Both the position numbers and the translations under genes were made by a program. The notes below the pieces were generated by a model. The model saw only the letters and a program-made list of their open reading frames with translations, was not told the origin of the DNA and did not search any database. DNA of 64,000 nt from Fibrobacteria bacterium (GTDB lineage: Bacteria; Fibrobacterota; Fibrobacteria; UBA11236; JADFYW01): assembly GCA_050294405.1 (NCBI GenBank), contig JBNKOC010000022.1, positions 1 to 64,000 on the forward strand, given 5' to 3'. Below are positions 57,934 to 64,000 of the stretch, piece after piece. Numbering within the stretch: the stretch's first letter is position 1; every line of letters begins with the position of its first letter.

Positions 57934-59424
57934 TCAACTGGAAGGGGAATCAGATTGGCCATAAAGTGTAATGGAATTCCGGCCTTTGGCCTTGCTTTGA
58001 TACAAACATCTGTCCGCAAGACTGAAAAGCTCTTCCAAATCTTCCGTGTTTTCGGGGTAATTTGCTCCCCCCACACTTAAAGTCACATGAATGGTGTGGT
58101 TTTCAAAGTGAACCGCCTCTCGCTCCACCGCCTGACGTATACGTTCAGCCACCACCCCGGCGCCTGTTAAATTGGTTTCGGGCAGAATCATAACAAATTC
58201 TTCCCCTCCAAAACGAACGGCGGTATCCACGTCGGAGCGAATCACCATTTTAATCAATCGCGCTACGGTTTTTAAGACTTCATCGCCTGCAGCATGGCCA
58301 TAGGTATCATTACATCGTTTGAAAAAATCTATATCGATAATCAACAAAGAAAGGGTTCTATTGTAGCGTTGGCTTCGTTTGAATTCTTCCCCAATGCGCT
58401 GGGTGTAATAACGCCGGGTATGTAAACCGGTAAGCTCATCGGTAGTGGCCAAATCATAAAGCCTGGCCTGGTCCAAAACAGAAGAGGCGTGGGAGGCTAA
58501 TATGCTCAGAACATCCAAATCTTCCTGATCAAAAGGATCAGAAGCATCGCTGTTAGTCACATATATTACTCCAAAAGCCTGGTCGTTCATTACTAAAGGC
58601 ACGCACATAAGGCTGTTGGCCTGGTTTTCCATGCCGGGAAAGCTTTCTTCTTCATCCATGGGATCCGTTAAAATAATGGGTTCCCGGGATTCCATCACCC
58701 GCCCCTGTATACCTTCTCCCAATGGGATTACAGCTCCTTTAAGCACGCCTGCGTTGATTTTTTTTTCAGCTTCTTTGTTAGGAAGGCCATGCACTACTTT
58801 TAACTCCAACCCCCCTATTTTTTCATTTTCCAACATGATAAATCCGCGGGTGGCGGAGACTGTGGAAATGGCCACTTTTAAAATCATGGATAACAAATGC
58901 CTTAAGTCCATGGCCTTACTTACCGCATCGGCAATATCCCTAACCACCGAAAAATTGTGGAGGCTTCGGGCTAAATCACTGGCCAGTTTGGCATTGTTGT
59001 TTTCCAATTCCACCCTGTCTCTGCAGGGAACCCATACTTGCCCTAAATGTTCTAACTGTAACTGATACTCCTCCGACAATTTGTTTTTCACCACAATAGC
59101 CCCAACACTGCGTTGTCCTTTTTTCATGGGAATAACAACATACTTGCGGGAGTTGTATACATACTCCATTTCATTCATTAAATGACCCACAATCTCGGGC
59201 CGATAATGTTCCAGGGCTAATTCATCGAGGTCCTTGCAATACTCAACCAAAGGAGTCAGGGTTTCATCAAAAGGGTTGAAACGAAAAATGGAAAATAGCC
59301 GGCCTGCCAATAGGGAATCTATAGACTCGTACAAAATGTTATTGAGCTCATTTTCCGATTTGGCCCGGGTAAAATTCCGGTAGCAAATGCGCAACAAGTC
59401 ACTTGAATTATCTGATTTGTCCAT
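57934..59424 (-). CDS. GAF-containing diguanylate cyclase
   Basis: GAF domain (SLMCVPL, F...D...L); D.LTGL, DIDFFK..ND.YGH..GD and RFGGEEF motifs. Confidence 0.93.
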   Translation of the reverse strand: MDKSDNSSDLLRICYRNFTRAKSENELNNILYESIDSLLAGRLFSIFRFNPFDETLTPLVEYCKDLDELALEHYRPEIVGHLMNEMEYVYNSRKYVVIPMKKGQRSVGAIVVKNKLSEEYQLQLEHLGQVWVPCRDRVELENNNAKLASDLARSLHNFSVVRDIADAVSKAMDLRHLLSMILKVAISTVSATRGFIMLENEKIGGLELKVVHGLPNKEAEKKINAGVLKGAVIPLGEGIQGRVMESREPIILTDPMDEEESFPGMENQANSLMCVPLVMNDQAFGVIYVTNSDASDPFDQEDLDVLSILASHASSVLDQARLYDLATTDELTGLHTRRYYTQRIGEEFKRSQRYNRTLSLLIIDIDFFKRCNDTYGHAAGDEVLKTVARLIKMVIRSDVDTAVRFGGEEFVMILPETNLTGAGVVAERIRQAVEREAVHFENHTIHVTLSVGGANYPENTEDLEELFSLADRCLYQSKAKGRNSITLYGQSDSPSS

Positions 59425-59626
59425 TTGCTATAAAACTCAATCCATTATTGTTAAAAGCTCATCAAATACGTACAACCAGCTCCTTTGGAACTGGCCGCCT
59501 TTAATTTTATCATGTTTTTGCCTTTAATAGCCATAAAAGGCCATTTTATGGGAAGTTAATTGATCCAAAATTTCAATTTGCAAAGGGAATTTTTGTGCTG
59601 CTGCGCTTATTTTTTACATTTTTCCC

Positions 59627-61534
59627 ATGGATTTTTCCCCTCATAAATTAAGGCTGGGTCTGGTGCAAATGCCTGTGGTCCCCGGCAATATTCGGCAAAA
59701 TGCCGAGTGGATTTTAAATTGCGTGGAAAAATCCGAAGGTTTTGATTTGTTGGCATTTCCAGAACTGGCTACAACAGGCTATTTAATTGGCGATGGCTGG
59801 GAAAGGCCTGATTTTTTGCGGGAAAATGAGTATTGGCTGAAAAAAATTGCAGAAGCCAGTCAGAAAACAGCCATTTTATTGGGATCTGTCCAGGTGGACT
59901 GGCAAAAAAAAGGGGAAGACGGCCGCCCCCGAAAATACAATGCCGCCCTGCTTTTTCAAAATGGCGAGCCAATTATGAACCAGGCCCTGGGCCTTTCCTT
60001 TTTTCCCAAAACTTTATCTCCCAACTACCGTGAATTTGATGAGTCCCGCCATTTTTATGACCTGAGAAAATTGGCTTTGGAAAGAGGCCGAAGTTTAGAG
60101 GAGCTAAGTGCGCCCGCGGAATTTAAAACTTCTTCTGGAAGTATTTTGTTGGGACTTAGCATCTGTGAAGACGGTTGGTGGGAAGACTACCAAATTTCTC
60201 CCTTTAAAATTCTGCAAGAAAAATCAGCCCAATGTATCCTTAACTTGAGTTGCTCCCCCTTTACCAAAGGAAAAAACCGGAAAAGAGCCAGGGTGTTTGG
60301 AGCCCAGGCCAGAGAATTGGCTACCCCCATTGCTTATGTAAATGCCGTAAGCGTGCAGAATATTGGAAAAACCATTTATGCTTTTGATGGGCAAAGTTGC
60401 CTCTATCAAAAAAATGGCGAAAGTTGTTACACAGGACCCATGTTTGTACCTCGCATTCAACCTACCGTACTCAACCTGCAAAACAAAAACTGGGAGTTGG
60501 CAGATAACAATGCTGAATCCGCTATAGATGCTTATGGCGAAATTTTTAATTGTTTAAAATTTATCGCTAAGGAATTCATGGGGCAACTGGGGTTATCCAA
60601 AGTTGTGATTGGGCTTTCCGGGGGAATTGACAGCGCCCTTTCCTCAGCTTTGTATAGCAGCATATTGTCTCCTGAAAATCTGATGCTCATTAATATGCCA
60701 AGTCAGTACAATAGTTCTACCACTATTGGGCTTTCCCAAAAACTGGCATCCAACCTGGAATGTTATTATGGTGAAATTCCCATTTCCGATTCTGTGTCAT
60801 TAACAAGCAAGCAATTTAAACAAACAGTTTTTAAAGGGCCATCGGATTTGAATCTTGAGCTTTCGGAGTTCCAAATGCAAAATATCCAAAGCCGGGACAG
60901 AGGCTCCAGATTGCTCAGTGCTGCTGCCGCCAGTTTTGGCGGAGTATTCAGTTGTAACGCCAATAAAGCGGAAATGACCGTTGGCTACTCCACCCTATAT
61001 GGAGACCTATGCGGATTTTTAGCCCTTATTGGCGATTTATGGAAAGAAGATGTATATGCTCTTTCCCATTATTTAAACCAACATTATTTCAAAAAAGAAA
61101 TTATTCCCGAAGGCATATTGAACCTGCCTCCAAGCGCCGAGTTATCCGCCAGTCAAAATGTGGACATGGGCCAGGGAGACCCCTTGTTTTACCCCTACCA
61201 CGACAAATTGTTTTTTAGTTGGATACAACGCTGGAACAGATTAAGTCCGGCAGACATTTTAGAGTTCTATAAATTGGGAACCCTGGAACAGGAATTACAA
61301 ATAGAAAAAGGCCTGGTAAAAAAGCTATTCCCCAAGGCTTCAGATTTCGTTTCGGATTTAGAACGCTGGTGGAGTTTATACCAAGGCCTTGGCAGCGCCA
61401 AAAGGGTGCAGGCTCCCCCGGTAGCTGCCGTAAGTTCCAGAGCTTATGGTTTCGATCACCGCGAACCCGTTGGAACAGCCTATTATTCCGAAGCCTATTA
61501 TCAGGCAAAGACTAACATATTAAAAAAAACCTAA
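59627..61534 (+). CDS. nadE: glutamine-dependent NAD+ synthetase
   Basis: Nitrilase domain FPEL, K..PNY.EFDE.R and ICED; synthetase domain GLSGGIDS, GYSTLYGD and PSAEL. Confidence 0.95.
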   Translation: MDFSPHKLRLGLVQMPVVPGNIRQNAEWILNCVEKSEGFDLLAFPELATTGYLIGDGWERPDFLRENEYWLKKIAEASQKTAILLGSVQVDWQKKGEDGRPRKYNAALLFQNGEPIMNQALGLSFFPKTLSPNYREFDESRHFYDLRKLALERGRSLEELSAPAEFKTSSGSILLGLSICEDGWWEDYQISPFKILQEKSAQCILNLSCSPFTKGKNRKRARVFGAQARELATPIAYVNAVSVQNIGKTIYAFDGQSCLYQKNGESCYTGPMFVPRIQPTVLNLQNKNWELADNNAESAIDAYGEIFNCLKFIAKEFMGQLGLSKVVIGLSGGIDSALSSALYSSILSPENLMLINMPSQYNSSTTIGLSQKLASNLECYYGEIPISDSVSLTSKQFKQTVFKGPSDLNLELSEFQMQNIQSRDRGSRLLSAAAASFGGVFSCNANKAEMTVGYSTLYGDLCGFLALIGDLWKEDVYALSHYLNQHYFKKEIIPEGILNLPPSAELSASQNVDMGQGDPLFYPYHDKLFFSWIQRWNRLSPADILEFYKLGTLEQELQIEKGLVKKLFPKASDFVSDLERWWSLYQGLGSAKRVQAPPVAAVSSRAYGFDHREPVGTAYYSEAYYQAKTNILKKT

Positions 61535-61684
61535 GCTGCATTTTGGCGGCATAATCCGTTTCAAACTAAAATTTTCAAAATAAAACCCCATCGTTGCAAA
61601 TTTAAATACCCCTTGGGCATTGAAAAAAAATGGCCAAAATCAATTTAAAATCGGCCCTTTTTCCCCTTTTTTAAATCTCAGAAA

Positions 61685-61700
61685 TGGCATGAGCATTGCA
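61685..61700 (+). promoter_or_regulatory. sigma54 promoter of hsp20
   Basis: TGGCAT-GAGCA-TTGCA, a canonical -24/-12 element 38 nt before the ATG. Confidence 0.8.
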
Positions 61701-61738
61701 ACATAATGTAAGTGTAAACATTAAACGGAGGTTTCAAA

Positions 61739-62194
61739 ATGAAAACACTAATGCCATGGAAATGGGGTAAATCTCCGAAAGTATCTGATTATTTTGAGAA
61801 TCAGTTGCAGAACTTTTGGGAGAACCCCTTCGACTTTAAATTCCCCGAATTAAGTCTTTTTGATAAAAAAGAAAGTTTTAGTCTGGATATAGATGAAAAC
61901 GAAAAAGAATATGTGGTTAAGGCCGAATTGCCTGGAATGGAAGAAAAAGATATAGATGTTAGCTGGCAGGATGGCTTCTTAACCATCAAAGGAGAAAAGA
62001 AAAAAGAAAACACAAAAAAGGAAAAAGACAAACAATATTCCGAATGCAGTTATGGATACTTCCATAGGACCATTCCCTTTGGAGAGGGAGTCGAATGGAG
62101 CAAAGCCACTGCCAAATATAAAAAAGGGGTATTAACTGTGAACCTACCTAAAAATGAACAGGCCCATAAAAAAATTGAAGTAAAGCTGGCGTAA
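61739..62194 (+). CDS. Hsp20/alpha-crystallin small heat-shock protein
   Basis: AELPG, L.IKGEK, YG.F.R.I and A.YK.GVL.V.LPK motifs; GGAGG RBS. Confidence 0.95.
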   Translation: MKTLMPWKWGKSPKVSDYFENQLQNFWENPFDFKFPELSLFDKKESFSLDIDENEKEYVVKAELPGMEEKDIDVSWQDGFLTIKGEKKKENTKKEKDKQYSECSYGYFHRTIPFGEGVEWSKATAKYKKGVLTVNLPKNEQAHKKIEVKLA

Positions 62195-62206
62195 AATCTG
62201 TGTCGC

Positions 62207-62240
62207 AAAAGTGGGTGGGAAATTTTCCCGCCCACTTTTT
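62207..62240. terminator. bidirectional intrinsic terminator
   Basis: AAAAGTGGGTGGGA-loop-TCCCGCCCACTTTTT. Confidence 0.88.
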
Positions 62241-64000
62241 ATACTTTGACTCTTTTTAAACGCAGCGCATTGAGTACTACGGATACAGAACTCAGGGACA
62301 TGGCCGCCCCCGCAACCCAAGGGGAAAGTTTACCAAAAGCCGCAAGGGGAATTCCCAAACAATTGTAGGCAAGGGCCCAAAAAAAGTTTTGACGGATATT
62401 TGCGTAACAGGCTTTGCTAATATTTATCATTTTAATAAGACCCGACAAATCGCCTCTTAACAAACTTACATGTGCCGATTCCAATGCCACCTCAGTGCCA
62501 TTGCCCATGGCAATTCCAATATCTGCAGCACTTAAGGCCAGTGAATCGTTTACGCCATCTCCCACCATGGCAACCAATTTGTTTGGAGCTTTTAAGTTTT
62601 CCACATAATTTAGCTTGTCCTCTGGACTCACTTGGGAACGAACATGGACAATGTTTAATTTATCCGCTAAGGATTTGGCACGCGAGGGGTTATCTCCAGT
62701 TAACATATGTATTTCCACATTTTTATTTTTTAAATTTTCAAGATATTGGGGCACTCCTTGTTTAACATTTTCTTCAATGGAAAGGCTTCCCAAATATTCT
62801 GTATTACTGGTCAAATAGGCTACTGCCTTGTCCTCTAATTTTCCATCAATGTTATTTTTATCCAAAATTTCCTGGATAAAAATCTGGTTCCCTATATAAT
62901 AGGCCACTCCATTAATGCTGGCTTTTATCCCTTTTCCCGGTATATTTTCAAAGCCTTCCACCTCAAGATTTTGATGGTTAAAATCCTTCAAATCGGCTAC
63001 AATTTGGCGTGCCAGAGGATGTTCTGAATAATGTTCCAGATTCCAAAGAATATTTTTAAAAGTATTTAAAGAAGTATTCGGATTGTATATAACCTTTCCT
63101 TGATCCCCATCTGTCAGAGTTCCGGTTTTATCCATCACCAACACATTTAACCTATGGGCAAGCTCCAGGTACTCGCCGCTTTTAAATAGTATGCCATTTT
63201 GGGCGGCTCTTTCCCCGGCAACCATAATTGAAACAGGAGTAGCCAATCCCAGGGCGCAAGGACAAGCGATAACTAATACCGCAATGGTATTTTCCAATGC
63301 CACAGAAAGGCCAGCAGCCATGAAAAAATACCATATCACAAAAACCAGGGCGGCTATGCCTAATACCACAGGCACAAAAATAGAAGATATTTTATCAGCT
63401 ACCCTTTGTATGGGGGCTTTGGCATCGCTTAGCTCTTTTACTTTTTTTGCCATTTGCGCCAAAAGAGTTTTTTTCCCGATTTTTTCTGCTTTAATTTCCA
63501 GCAATTGTTCTCCGTTGATACTGCCTGCAATCACAAAAGCACCTTCAGATTTTTTCACTCTGCTGCTTTCTCCAGTCATGAGAGACTCATCAATATAACT
63601 GGTTCCATTTACTACCAATCCATCCACAGGAATTTTTCCTCCTGGTTTTACCAGCAATACATCACCAGGGATTAAAGTATCCACTTTAACTTCTTCCCAC
63701 TGGCCATTGATTTTCTTAAAGGCTAGCTGAGGTTGCATAGCCATTAATGCCCGAATAGCTGTGAGAGATTTAGCCTTAGCCCGATGCTCAAGCCACTTTC
63801 CCAAGAGGATTAGGCTGATTAACATGGCACTGGTTTCAAAATACAACATAGCACCGGGCTTTAACCAACCCCATTGATCACTTAAATATATGCTGTAACC
63901 AAATGCTGCCGAAGTTCCGAGGGCAACCAATACATTCATATCCGAGGATTTTTCCTTTAAAGCCTTAAAAGCATTTTTGTAAAAACTAAATCCAAAAATA
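62239..64000 (-). CDS. copA: Cu(I)-translocating P1B-ATPase, 5' part outside the window
   Basis: TGES, CPCALGLATP, DKTGTLT, EHP, GDGVND, YN and MSLSS motifs. The reading frame continues upstream of the track's 63939 towards the window edge. Confidence 0.92.
   Translation of the reverse strand, partial: IFGFSFYKNAFKALKEKSSDMNVLVALGTSAAFGYSIYLSDQWGWLKPGAMLYFETSAMLISLILLGKWLEHRAKAKSLTAIRALMAMQPQLAFKKINGQWEEVKVDTLIPGDVLLVKPGGKIPVDGLVVNGTSYIDESLMTGESSRVKKSEGAFVIAGSINGEQLLEIKAEKIGKKTLLAQMAKKVKELSDAKAPIQRVADKISSIFVPVVLGIAALVFVIWYFFMAAGLSVALENTIAVLVIACPCALGLATPVSIMVAGERAAQNGILFKSGEYLELAHRLNVLVMDKTGTLTDGDQGKVIYNPNTSLNTFKNILWNLEHYSEHPLARQIVADLKDFNHQNLEVEGFENIPGKGIKASINGVAYYIGNQIFIQEILDKNNIDGKLEDKAVAYLTSNTEYLGSLSIEENVKQGVPQYLENLKNKNVEIHMLTGDNPSRAKSLADKLNIVHVRSQVSPEDKLNYVENLKAPNKLVAMVGDGVNDSLALSAADIGIAMGNGTEVALESAHVSLLRGDLSGLIKMINISKACYANIRQNFFWALAYNCLGIPLAAFGKLSPWVAGAAMSLSSVSVVLNALRLKRVKV

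Overview
This is an AT-rich bacterial chromosomal window, most likely from a free-living, flagellated member of Fibrobacterota. The assignment is inferred from a TIGR02147-family gene, a Fibrobacter-style giant GH9 and FapA/sigma28 elements. The window opens with the 5' end of a 16S rRNA gene (minus strand, with its promoter) and miaA. It then carries housekeeping genes (metK-ahcY, priA, dimeric dUTPase, nfeD-nfeD-floA, apeB, amtB, dacB, nadE, hsp20, partial copA), a 1983-aa GH9 glycoside hydrolase and an FNR-box-preceded napDA operon with two tetraheme cytochromes and an NrfCD-like module. Most notable: (1) a five-gene minus-strand operon (Fn3-like membrane protein with a CTG start, Na+/solute symporter, unannotated 40-aa membrane peptide, ATCase homologue lacking the aspartate side-chain pocket, AsnB-type amidotransferase), proposed here as a synthesis/uptake system for a carbamoyl-amino-acid amide osmolyte such as N-carbamoyl-glutamine amide; (2) an unannotated sigma28-driven yjfB-like small gene whose transcript has four GGA-loop hairpins (possible CsrA sponge); (3) a PdxJ homologue missing two catalytic residues; (4) a four-unit tandem array of structured palindromic repeats; (5) a 200-nt rod-like, 6S-like RNA candidate; (6) an Npt-MFS/HEAT + cNMP-binding + solute-binding-protein module. 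No CRISPR array, transposase or prophage was seen. All family calls come from motif recognition by eye, with no database searches.
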